A stretch of 64,000 nucleotides of DNA from contig CAWJJC010000022.1 in NCBI GenBank assembly GCA_963843145.1, forward strand, positions 256,001-320,000, written 5' to 3'. The notes beneath the pieces were generated by a model. That model ran no database searches and was not told the DNA's origin. It was given only the letters and a program-made list of their open reading frames with translations. The stretch is from an uncultured delta proteobacterium. GTDB taxonomy: Bacteria; Desulfobacterota; RBG-13-43-22. Positions 20,038 through 29,239 of the stretch are shown here, piece after piece. The position numbers and the translations under genes were made by a program. The stretch's first letter is position 1; every line of letters begins with the position of its first letter.

Positions 20038-20283
20038 TTACCAGTTGAACCAACGCCGACGGCTTCCCAGGCCTGAAAGACTACCCCGGCCTCGACCCAA
20101 GCCCAGACCAAACCAACCCAGAAAACCGCTACCGGCTTTCCGTTGAAAAGAACCCGGTTGTCCAAAATCGCCGTTTAATTTCCGGCCCAGAAGGCCCTTC
20201 GAAGAACCGCTAGTGCAGGGTCCGGCGCCCCGGCCGGTCATGGAACCTTGCCCCAACGGTCCCGTTTTATCACCACGAGGCAT
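20038..20283 (-). CDS. DUF5320-like Gly/Arg-rich protein
   Basis: MPRGDKTGPLGQGSMTGRGAGPC from ATG 20283. Confidence 0.75.
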   Translation of the reverse strand: MPRGDKTGPLGQGSMTGRGAGPCTSGSSKGLLGRKLNGDFGQPGSFQRKAGSGFLGWFGLGLGRGRGSLSGLGSRRRWFNW

Positions 20284-20288
20284 ACAAA

Positions 20289-20705
20289 TCACCCCCTTTC
20301 CATTTTTTTCCATTTCCGCATCTCCGGGTTCCGGTTGATCAGCCGGCGGCAGCGGGTTGGCCGGCCCCTGGGAACCCAGCCGGGCATTCGAAAGCAGGGT
20401 CGATGCAGCGATCCACACAAAAAGGCCCGGAGGACCACCTCCAGGTCGCCGCAAATAAACCCGATGACCCGGACCCCGGCCGCCTCCAGGGCTGTCTCCA
20501 GAGGGGTCGAAACCGCTCCGCAGATCAGGGTTTGCGTCCCTAAGCCGGTTACCTCTTTGGCCCGGTGGAAGGGATCATGGTGGTTCAGGGTTATTTTTTC
20601 CCGCTGGACTTCCTGCCCTCCCGTGCACTGAATCAGGTAGACGTTATCCGATACGTCAAACACCGGAGCTATCCTCCCCTGCCAATGAGCCACCGCGACT
20701 TTCAT
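20289..20705 (-). CDS. NifB/NifX-family (FeMo-co-binding/ORP-like) protein
   Basis: MKVAVAHWQGRIAPVFD...LICGAVS...FRMPG. Confidence 0.82.
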   Translation of the reverse strand: MKVAVAHWQGRIAPVFDVSDNVYLIQCTGGQEVQREKITLNHHDPFHRAKEVTGLGTQTLICGAVSTPLETALEAAGVRVIGFICGDLEVVLRAFLCGSLHRPCFRMPGWVPRGRPTRCRRLINRNPEMRKWKKMERG

Positions 20706-20718
20706 AAATCCTTTCAAA

Positions 20719-20734
20719 TGCAATCCGGGGGCCA
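20719..20734 (-). promoter_or_regulatory. sigma54 -24/-12 promoter candidate
   Basis: TGGCCCCCGGATTGCA with correct spacing; divergent from a sigma54 activator; very close to the start codon. Confidence 0.6.
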
Positions 20735-20884
20735 AGGCCCGGTGATTAAATAGTTGACTAAAACCGGTAGGTTATGAAATATTTCCCTTGTAGCATTGAC
20801 AATAATCATTCAAAATACTATTATATTTAAGATAAAAGATTTTATTTTGCACGATTAAAAGTGGTAGTAGGGATAGGCTTGGGG

Positions 20885-22246
20885 ATGAAACTGGAAGAGG
20901 AAATAGGTCTTCGAGACGTTATCCTGGACTCCATCAACGAAGGGGTGTTCACGGTGGGTCCCGACTGGCGAATTACAGCCTTTAACCGGGCCGCGGAACG
21001 GATAACCGGCGTGTCCCGGAGGGAGGCCCTCGGCCGTTCCTGTTCCGATGTGTTTCATGCCGACATCTGTGAAAAGGATTGTGCCCTCAAGCGAACCTTC
21101 ACCACCGGCCAGCCGATTGTGAATGCCACCGCTGGTATCATCAACAACCGGGGACAACGGGTGCCGATCCGTATCGGCACCGCCATCTTAGAAAACAGCG
21201 TCGGAGAGGTCATCGGGGGCGTGGAAACCTTTCAGGACCTAAGCCAAGTCGAGGAGCTGCAAAAAGAATTGCTTAACCGGCATTCGTTTGAGGACATCAT
21301 CGGACGAAGCCCGGCCATGATGCAGTTGTTCGAGGTGGTCCCCCAGATTGCCGAGAGCAACAGTACGGTGCTGATTGAGGGCCCCAGCGGCACCGGGAAA
21401 GAACTATTCGCCAAGGCTATTCACAATCGGTCTCCCCGCCGGAAAAAGCGTTTCCTGGCCTTGAACTGCGCGGCCCTGCCGGACACCCTGCTGGAAAGCG
21501 AACTGTTTGGACACAAGGCCGGGGCCTTTACCGACGCCAAACGGGAAAAGGTGGGCCGCTTTGTCCTGGCCAACGGGGGGACCCTGTTCCTGGATGAAAT
21601 CGGCGATATCTCGCCGGCCATGCAGGTACGCCTGCTGCGGGTGCTCCAGGAACGCCAGGTCGAGCCTTTAGGGGGTCTCGAGCCTGTACCGGTGGATGTC
21701 CGGGTCGTGGCCGCCACCAATCAGGATCTGGCCGGGCTCATTCAGGCCGGCCGGTTTCGCGAGGATCTCTATTACCGCCTGCATGTCATACATCTGAAGC
21801 TGCCGCCCCTGAAGGAACGGCGGGAAGACATCCCGCTTCTGGTGGATCATCTGGTGGGCAAGTTCAACCGTCTGCAGGGGAAGCAGATTGCCGGCGTTTC
21901 CCAGGAGGCCATGGCCCGGCTGCTGGAGTATGATTATCCGGGCAATATCCGGGAGCTGGAAAACATTATCGAGCAGGCTTTTGTGCTCTGCCGCGGCGGG
22001 TTGATCGAGATGGCCCATCTGCCTCCTGAAATGCGTCCGCCCGCTGATTCCGCCGGGGAAACCTTCGGCCCGATGAGCCTGGAGGCCATGGAAAAGCGGC
22101 TCATCCTGGAAACCCTTTGGCGTTGTTCGGGAAACCGGAAACAGGCCTCCCGGGAATTAGGCATCGATGTGAGTTCCCTCTACCGAAAAATAAAGGCCTT
22201 GCAGTTGGAGGTGCCGGAAATGGACGGCCGCAGCCGTAAAAAGTGA
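20885..22246 (+). CDS. PAS sigma54-dependent activator (OrpR-like)
   Basis: Cys-rich PAS (CSDVFHADICEKDC), GPSGTGKE, GAFTDA, HTH; divergent from NifX/DUF5320 genes. Confidence 0.92.
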   Translation: MKLEEEIGLRDVILDSINEGVFTVGPDWRITAFNRAAERITGVSRREALGRSCSDVFHADICEKDCALKRTFTTGQPIVNATAGIINNRGQRVPIRIGTAILENSVGEVIGGVETFQDLSQVEELQKELLNRHSFEDIIGRSPAMMQLFEVVPQIAESNSTVLIEGPSGTGKELFAKAIHNRSPRRKKRFLALNCAALPDTLLESELFGHKAGAFTDAKREKVGRFVLANGGTLFLDEIGDISPAMQVRLLRVLQERQVEPLGGLEPVPVDVRVVAATNQDLAGLIQAGRFREDLYYRLHVIHLKLPPLKERREDIPLLVDHLVGKFNRLQGKQIAGVSQEAMARLLEYDYPGNIRELENIIEQAFVLCRGGLIEMAHLPPEMRPPADSAGETFGPMSLEAMEKRLILETLWRCSGNRKQASRELGIDVSSLYRKIKALQLEVPEMDGRSRKK

Positions 22247-22532
22247 AACCGACCGGGGCCGCCCACCGGCTTTTAGAAAAAGACCCAACCCAGGAACGGG
22301 TAGAAAAATTTGTCATCCCCGAAGGAGGATCGATCAAGATTTAAGTCAGGGGGATATTCCCCACCCCTTTTCCCTTGATCTCCCCGAACTCTGGAAATTA
22401 ATCCAAGATTTCATGCAGGAAGCGGTTCTCTTCACAGAATCGGATTCACGTCCTCCCTCCGGTGTCCCTACCTCCTAAGGATCAGGTATTAACAGTCTTA
22501 TAATAGAACCGACTATCCCCTGGCCTTCCTAT

Positions 22533-22618
22533 CGTCATTCCCGCAGCGATTTTGGGCGACAATCTAGTCCCTTCCTTGTGGGATGCTGGATCCCCGATTA
22601 AAACACTCGGGGATGACG
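22533..22618. repeat. REP/MITE-like palindromic element
   Basis: cgtcattcccg ... cggggatgacg terminal inverted repeat with internal hairpin tccccga-ttaaaacac-tcgggga. Confidence 0.55.
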
Positions 22619-22819
22619 GTCGGTGTATGTACGGACCATTGTGAGACCCTTAACAAGTCTCCTTATCCTCTCCTTTTTTCTATCCTTGACCCACCAGGGG
22701 ACATATTTTATACTCTTCCCAAACCAGTGGTGGGATTCTTTGGAATGAATTTATCACTTTTCCCTTCAGGGGCTGGCCTTGTCGCCTCAGTCCCTGGAAG
22801 TGGCTGAAATACAATAATT

Positions 22820-24718
22820 ATGACCGAAAACACCGAAAAAATGGGCCAGGGCATCGCTACCTCCGAGAAAAAAGTCCATTCCCTCCGGCGGGGAGCCCAA
22901 TCCCGTGTGCCCCTCAAAGCGGCGATCATAGGCGGCGGAAAGGCCTGCGAGGATCTGCTGACGCTGCTCAGCGACGATCGGCTGACCCGGCTGAAAATGG
23001 AAATCCTGGGCGTGTCCGACCCCAATCCCGAATCCCCCGGCCTGGTACGGGCCAGGGAGATGGGGTTATTCACGACCGGGGACTTCTCCGAACTTTATGC
23101 CCTTCCCGGTTTGAATTTGCTTATCGAGTTGACCGGCTCTCTGGCGGTCCGGGAGCATGTCATTCGGACCATCCCTCTGGAGGTCAGTTTCATCGACCAC
23201 CGCGGTGCCCGGCTGCTGTGGGATCTGATTCAGATGGAAATCGAAAAACAGGCACTGCAGGTGGAGTCGGAGAACAAGCTCCGGCAGTTCCTGGAGTCGG
23301 CCCACGACGTCATTATCATTAAAGACCTGGAAGGTCGGTACCTGTACGTCAATCCGGCCGGAAGCCGGTCCACGGGTTTATCCCGGGAACAGGTCATCGG
23401 CCATACGGATTTTGAGCTTTTCCCTGAACCCCAGGCCAGGGCCATGTATGAGAACCATCAGGAGGTGGTCAGGGAGCAGAAGACCCGATTCTCCAAAGAT
23501 CGGATGCATATAGCCGGCGAAGTCCGCTACTACGATACGGTGCGCTTCCCGATTTTTAATGAGCAGGGTGGGATGGATTCCCTGGCCATCATCTCCAGGG
23601 ATGTGACGGAAGAGGTGGCCCTTCAGGAGGAGCTGCGCCGGAACAAGGAATACCTGGAGAATATTCTCTCCAACTCGTATGACTTGATCATAACCACCGA
23701 TACAGAGGGTCGTATCGTGACTGTCAACCCGGCGGCTGAGCGGATGCTGGGCTACACCCGGGACGAGATGATCGGCGTCCCGATGGAAAATTTCTGGAAA
23801 GAGCCTGGGATTCGCCGGGAAATCATGAGACAGGTTGAAGCCAGCGGCGCGGTGAATAACACGACGGGCGCTCTGGTCGCCAAGGACGGGCAGGTGGTGG
23901 AAATCGGCCTTTCCCTCTCCCAACTACGGGATGTTCAGGGAAAGGTCCTGGGCACCGTTGGGATCAGCAAGGACATCTCCGAGGAAAACCGTCTGCGCAA
24001 ACAACTGCTGGAGCAGGAGCGGCTGGCCGCCGTGGGCCAGACGGTGGCCAGCGTTACCCATTGCATGAAAAACGTCCTGAACGGACTGAAGGGCGGCGCC
24101 TATATGGTGGAGGTGGGTCTGAAACGGAATGACTCCAAGCTAACCCGTGAGGGTTGGGAGACAGTACAGGAAGGCGTCGACCGGATCAGCAAGATCAGCC
24201 TGAACCTGCTGAGCTATTGCCGGGAGCGAAGACCCGTTCCTGTTCCCGTCAGCCCTTATCAACTGGCCCGGGACGCCGTGGAGATGGTGCAGAAATCCGC
24301 CCAGCAACAGGGTGTTGCGCTCACCTGCCAGGGGGGAGAAGATGAGATTGCTCACTTGGATCCGGATGCCGTCGGTCGCGCTCTGCTGAATCTGGTAACC
24401 AATGCCGTGGAGGCCTGCAAAGAAAAAACCTACGGCCCGGGGGAAAGCCCCCGGGTGGACGTTCGGATTGAGCGGGCCGACCGGGTGATCCGCTTTATCG
24501 TGAGCGATAACGGCATCGGGATGGGCCCGGAGGTCCGGGAACAACTTTTCAAACGGTTTTTCAGCACCAAGAGCTATAAAGGGACCGGCCTCGGGCTTAG
24601 TACCACCGCCAAGATTATTGAGGAGCACGGCGGCAAGATTTCGGTCGAATCCGAGCCCGGAAAGGGCTCCCGGTTTACCGTGTCGATCCCCTCCCAACTC
24701 CAACGATCGAACGAGTAG
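22820..24718 (+). CDS. Cytoplasmic histidine kinase with N-terminal Rossmann-like domain and two PAS domains
   Basis: AAIIGGGKA; two PAS; H-box VTHCMKN; NLVTNA, DNGIG, GTGLGL. Confidence 0.92.
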   Translation: MTENTEKMGQGIATSEKKVHSLRRGAQSRVPLKAAIIGGGKACEDLLTLLSDDRLTRLKMEILGVSDPNPESPGLVRAREMGLFTTGDFSELYALPGLNLLIELTGSLAVREHVIRTIPLEVSFIDHRGARLLWDLIQMEIEKQALQVESENKLRQFLESAHDVIIIKDLEGRYLYVNPAGSRSTGLSREQVIGHTDFELFPEPQARAMYENHQEVVREQKTRFSKDRMHIAGEVRYYDTVRFPIFNEQGGMDSLAIISRDVTEEVALQEELRRNKEYLENILSNSYDLIITTDTEGRIVTVNPAAERMLGYTRDEMIGVPMENFWKEPGIRREIMRQVEASGAVNNTTGALVAKDGQVVEIGLSLSQLRDVQGKVLGTVGISKDISEENRLRKQLLEQERLAAVGQTVASVTHCMKNVLNGLKGGAYMVEVGLKRNDSKLTREGWETVQEGVDRISKISLNLLSYCRERRPVPVPVSPYQLARDAVEMVQKSAQQQGVALTCQGGEDEIAHLDPDAVGRALLNLVTNAVEACKEKTYGPGESPRVDVRIERADRVIRFIVSDNGIGMGPEVREQLFKRFFSTKSYKGTGLGLSTTAKIIEEHGGKISVESEPGKGSRFTVSIPSQLQRSNE

Positions 24719-24834
24719 GCCTGTGGGCTTTAAGCGGAGGATACGAGGCTTCGACTGCGAAAACACCCTTGTTTTTTTGAGGCGGTTAATCTATATACTA
24801 CTAGTCGATAACAAGGCCCTCAAAGGAGAAGACC

Positions 24835-25650
24835 ATGAAACCTGTGAATGTATTGATTATTGATGATGACCAGAGCAATGTCCGTTATTTGACCACCATC
24901 CTGGAGGAGAACGGCTTTACGGACATCCAGGCGGCCTTTGACGGAGTGGAAGGGTTGGAGAAGGTGGAGACGGTCAAGCCCGGGCTGATCCTCCTCGACC
25001 TGCGCATGCCCAAGAAAAACGGTATTTTAGTTTTTAACGACCTCAGAGGGAACGAGCGGTTCAAGGACATCCCGGTCATCATCCTCACCGGAGAAGGCGG
25101 TTTCCTGAAGCACCTGGCGGAATTACGTCAGTTTCGCGAGGACGGCCCGGTTTTGGATGCTAAGACTTCGGAGGAGGTGCTGGGGCGCTTCATTGCCTCG
25201 CAGCCGGACGGATTTCTGGAAAAGCCGGTTGAGCCGGATCGGCTGATGGCCATCATCAGGAAATTGCTGGCCACCCTGGAAGAGGTCAAAGAAGCCCGGC
25301 AACAAGATGTCAATGCGTTACGGGACCGGAAGCTTTCGGGGGGAGTACAATTCAAAGGAGTTCTGTTCGACAGCAGTGAGCGGAGCCGAAACGCCCTGGC
25401 CGCCACCGCCATCATGTTGGCGGCCTCGGATTTCAAATTGCCGGAGGGGTTTGCCTGGCGCTCGGTGGACAACCGGAACATCATCCTGGACCGAAAGGAA
25501 CTCCTGGCGTTTCAGGCGGCTATGACCGGCTGGGTCTTCCGGACTTACCAGGCCTCCTGGGACCATAAGGCGGCGATTGAAGCCCTGTCCAGCATCGAAG
25601 AGGCCGAAAAGTACGACCTGGAGCAGGGATGGCCCGGTAAGGTGCTTTAG
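24835..25650 (+). CDS. Response regulator receiver fused to a DUF4376-like (phage tail-associated) domain
   Basis: IIDDD, LLDLRMP, LTG, EKP; C-terminal RD...GGVQFKGVLFDS.ERSR...WRSVDN...SWDHKAAIEA pattern. Confidence 0.8.
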   Translation: MKPVNVLIIDDDQSNVRYLTTILEENGFTDIQAAFDGVEGLEKVETVKPGLILLDLRMPKKNGILVFNDLRGNERFKDIPVIILTGEGGFLKHLAELRQFREDGPVLDAKTSEEVLGRFIASQPDGFLEKPVEPDRLMAIIRKLLATLEEVKEARQQDVNALRDRKLSGGVQFKGVLFDSSERSRNALAATAIMLAASDFKLPEGFAWRSVDNRNIILDRKELLAFQAAMTGWVFRTYQASWDHKAAIEALSSIEEAEKYDLEQGWPGKVL

Positions 25651-25704
25651 AACCACCTAGAACGCGAGCGGATCAGCCCGTTTCCTTCTTCCTCCCCCCA
25701 GTAC

Positions 25705-26715
25705 GATTCCGGCAAGTGCCTGCACTATTACTTCTACTTCATCGACAAAACGTTCGGCCTAGGCTATCTCCGCGTTCCCACCTGGGCGCCCCTCCGACTC
25801 CAGTTCTATATGAACGGCCATAACTGGCTGGCGACGAAATTGACCAAGCGGAAGATTCCTTTTGTGCTGCGGGAGAACGCCTTCCTCTCTATTGCCGATT
25901 TTGCCAAAGCGCAGGAACTGTCCGATAGCATCAAGGTCTCGGATTTACACCGCGCCTTAGATGGCTTCGCCCAAAAATACTGCCCGGTCTTTCAAGAGTA
26001 CGGCCTCACCTATCATTGGAGCACCATGCAGGTGGAATATGCCACCGACCTTGTTTTCAAGAGACAAGCCGACCTTCGGGTCTTGTACGATCAGATCGTC
26101 CGAACCGCCATTCACTCCGTGAAACCGGAGAATATCGCCACCTTCCTGGGCCGAAAGCTGCACGCCAACTACCAGGGCGAACTGGGCAATAACTTCAACA
26201 CCCGCATTCAGGGAACACGGATCAAGCACCATATGGGCGCTTCTTCCATCAAGATGTACGACAAGTTCGGAATCATCCTCCGGATCGAGACCACATCCAA
26301 CGACGTCTCGGAGTTCAAGCATTACCGGGAAGTCCAGTTACGGACCGGAGGCACCGTTCACAAAACCGCGCCCCTGAAGAAGAACATCTACAGCCTTTTC
26401 GAACTCACGGCCATCTTCAAAGCCTCGAATCGCCGTTACCTGGAATTTATCTCCACCTTCAATGACCAGAGCCGAGGGATCAAAAACCTCGAAAGGATTT
26501 CTAAACCCGTGGAAACCGACGACCGTTCCTATAAGGGGTTCAATTTTTTCAGTCCCGATGATCTCAAACTATTTGAAATCCTGGCGCGTGGCGAATTCAA
26601 TATCAACGGACTTCAGAACAAGTCACTTCGCCATCACCTCCCGGAAATAAATACCGCCGCGATGACGAGGGTCCTGAAACGGCTCCATATTCACGGCCTG
26701 ATTCGTCCTAAATAG
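25705..26715 (+). mobile_element. Truncated putative transposase/replication-initiator-like gene (family often annotated 'MarR-family')
   Basis: GKCLHYYFYFID..FGL.YLRVPTWAP..LQFYMNGH lies in frame upstream of the ATG; SIKMYDK..ILRIETT motif; ends abruptly in an HTH-like segment (LKRLHIHGLIRPK*). Confidence 0.6.
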
Positions 26716-26739
26716 GGAACCGCTTGTTGATAACAAGGC

Positions 26740-27663
26740 TTATTCATGAGCACATCCACAGGTGGAGGATAGTTTGCAGGAAAAGGTTTTGTCCGCTAAA
26801 GACCACCACAGTTCGTTGATGCGCAGGTGAGGGACTTCAGCGGCGATTTCCGGGTGGTATCCTTGAGGGTAGGAAAGGTCCGCCAGGGGGGATTCATCCC
26901 CCAAAAAGGCCTCAACCCGCTGCTGAATAGGCAAATCTTTTTCTAAGGACTGGTCGGGAGGGGCAAAGCAGACCAGCACGGCCAGTCCCCAAATATCTTC
27001 GGCCTTCCGCTCTAGCAGCAACCCGTCTTTTTCCAAAGTATGTTCAAAACCTGGGGAGCGGGCCAGTACGATTCGTACTGGACTCTGTTTTCGATAATAA
27101 GCGTAAAGGCATAAAAGGCGATCAAAAAAGGGAACGCCGAGGTCCCAGCCGGGTACATCCCTGATCAATCGATCCGGGTTAGCGGCACCGTTTGCTATTG
27201 CCTCCGAAAGTCCATTCTGGCTTCCAGAGGGGGACCGGATGCGGAGGCTGGTCAGGCTTTCAAATACAAACGCGGACGTTCCTTGTCTTTGGTCAAGGAG
27301 CCATTCCAGGACCCCGAGGTGAAAAAGGTTATCCGGGACCCGGCGGATGGACTGAAACCTGGGCGTGCCGGTGTGATCAAAGTGCTCGCTCAGTATTTGT
27401 TCCCTTTCTTCAAGGGAGAAGCGCGAAAAGACCTCCTGATGGGGATAGGGAAAAAGTCTCACGGAAAAAAGGCCCCGGTTAAATTCCGAACCGTTTTCTG
27501 CCAAGACTTCGGTCCGCTCCAGTTGCAGGGAGAAAGGGCCAGGTCCTTGGGCCAACCAGAAATACCAGTTCGGTTGATCCTTCCAGACCTGGCTTACCCC
27601 CATCAGGCCTAAGGCTTCCTTCAATTCTTCGGCCCAGGAAGCCATAAGGAGCATTCCTTCCAT
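26740..27663 (-). CDS. Hypothetical protein
   Basis: 307-aa ORF, last gene of the minus-strand operon; C-terminal CKLSSTCGCAHE. Confidence 0.7.
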   Translation of the reverse strand: MEGMLLMASWAEELKEALGLMGVSQVWKDQPNWYFWLAQGPGPFSLQLERTEVLAENGSEFNRGLFSVRLFPYPHQEVFSRFSLEEREQILSEHFDHTGTPRFQSIRRVPDNLFHLGVLEWLLDQRQGTSAFVFESLTSLRIRSPSGSQNGLSEAIANGAANPDRLIRDVPGWDLGVPFFDRLLCLYAYYRKQSPVRIVLARSPGFEHTLEKDGLLLERKAEDIWGLAVLVCFAPPDQSLEKDLPIQQRVEAFLGDESPLADLSYPQGYHPEIAAEVPHLRINELWWSLADKTFSCKLSSTCGCAHE

Positions 27664-27689
27664 TTCGCTCCGAAAGGCAGTTTCTAAGT

Positions 27690-27965
27690 CTATGAGAAAT
27701 CTCCCTTCTTCAAAAAGAGTTCCTTGACGATGGCTGATTTTTCCCGCCCGGTGGTCTCGATGCCCTCCAGGCGGGCCGTCTCCATCAGGATGTCATCAGG
27801 GTAGGCCAGGGTCAAGGAGGCGCTAGATTCCTCGGATTCGAAGAAGCATTCAAAATCAGCCCTCCGGTTGACCTCATTGATCCCTTCCTGATAAGCCGTG
27901 ATAGTTTCCCCCAGCAACTGCCTCAGATATCGGGGAAGGAAAAGCCTTTTACTTTGATCGATCAT
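27690..27965 (-). CDS. Small hypothetical protein
   Basis: RBS AAGGAGG, operon context. Confidence 0.7.
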   Translation of the reverse strand: MIDQSKRLFLPRYLRQLLGETITAYQEGINEVNRRADFECFFESEESSASLTLAYPDDILMETARLEGIETTGREKSAIVKELFLKKGDFS

Positions 27966-27981
27966 AGGAACTGGACCTCCT

Positions 27982-29202
27982 TTAAAGGGCCTTTCTTCTT
28001 AAGGGCCAGGTCCCCCCAAAATCTCGATGAACCAGGATAATGGAAAGGAAGAGGATGGTCCAAACCAACGGTGAGTCGTCGGGTTGTCCCACCCCGGGCA
28101 CTTTTCCGAGAAAAAAAGTGGTGGCCGGGGAATAGTAGAAAAGGTAGATCAGGATTCCGCCGGCCAGACTGATGGCGGTGCGGATAATCCCTCTAGCCCA
28201 CAGCCCGGAAAGCCGAGGCGCATTATTAAAATAAGTGGACCAAATAAACGCGGCTAAAATAAAGAAGCCGGCAATTTCGCCGGCATGAATATAGCGGAAA
28301 TTGGGACCATCCGTGTACTGGCCGCCCTCAAAGGCCTCTCCCCAGGGGATATTCATGACCTTTAACAGGATCACGAACAGGATCACCCCCAGGATAAAAG
28401 TTCCGAGGAAGGTAACCAGGCCCTTGGCCAAGGTCCCCTGGCCGTTCCTTTCCAGCCGGCTCCAGGGCCGCCCTTCCCATAAAAGATCCGAAATCACGAT
28501 CCAGAAAAGGATACACAGGATCAGCCCCAGATTAAAAAAGGCACTCCCGGTTTTGGCAAAGGAGATCCACCAGGGTTGAACACCGGCTTTGGATTGTGCC
28601 GGATAAAACAGGTAGCAGACGTGGGGATGGAACAAGAGGCTATAGGTGATGATTGAAAAAAGGAGCACCGTAACCAGGCGGGACCAGGCCAAAGTGCCCC
28701 GGTTGGCATTCAGCCAGGGCCAGTCGCCGAAACCGACCCGCCAAACAAGGGCCCACCAAAGAAAGGCCCCAAAAAAATAAACAATGGCCAGGGAAGCGAT
28801 TTCACGGGCATTATAGGCTTCGGCCCCTATACCCCCGCCGGCCACAATCGACTTGGGGCTGAAGTAAGCCACCCCAAATTTTCCGATAAATCCCCAGAAA
28901 AAAACATAGACCAGGAAAAGCATCAAAAAAATGGAGACGGCGGTCAGCAGAATACCCCGGAAAAAGGTAGTTTTCCCCGGCAGGTGAAAGGGGTAGTAGT
29001 CGGCTACGGCGGTCATAAGGATGATGGCCGAAAACCAGGTTACCACGAGGGAAAAGCCATACATCGGGGTGTAGAGTTTAAACCAGCTTTTATTGGGATC
29101 CATAAAAATGAACCAGAGAAGCCAGACCACACAGAAGACCACCGCTAGGCACACCAGTCCAAGTATATAGTTGAACGGTTGGGGTTTTTCCCCTGTTTCC
29201 AT
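27982..29202 (-). CDS. Polytopic membrane protein of unknown function (putative transporter/redox anchor)
   Basis: About ten or more hydrophobic helices; RBS AGGAGG before ATG 29202. Confidence 0.82.
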   Translation of the reverse strand: METGEKPQPFNYILGLVCLAVVFCVVWLLWFIFMDPNKSWFKLYTPMYGFSLVVTWFSAIILMTAVADYYPFHLPGKTTFFRGILLTAVSIFLMLFLVYVFFWGFIGKFGVAYFSPKSIVAGGGIGAEAYNAREIASLAIVYFFGAFLWWALVWRVGFGDWPWLNANRGTLAWSRLVTVLLFSIITYSLLFHPHVCYLFYPAQSKAGVQPWWISFAKTGSAFFNLGLILCILFWIVISDLLWEGRPWSRLERNGQGTLAKGLVTFLGTFILGVILFVILLKVMNIPWGEAFEGGQYTDGPNFRYIHAGEIAGFFILAAFIWSTYFNNAPRLSGLWARGIIRTAISLAGGILIYLFYYSPATTFFLGKVPGVGQPDDSPLVWTILFLSIILVHRDFGGTWPLRRKAL

Positions 29203-29239
29203 AGACTTTCCCCTCCTTTCGCGATTGTCCGGCTGGGGT

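Noticed and set aside
25648-25650. Pyrrolysine or readthrough fusion of the regulator with the Rep-like ORF
   Set aside because: The regulator ends at a natural domain end (GWP), the linker is low-complexity, no pyl genes are visible, and an in-frame match has a one-in-three chance
24835-26715. Prophage
   Set aside because: Only one phage-type domain and a mobile remnant; no integrase, capsid, terminase or att sites seen
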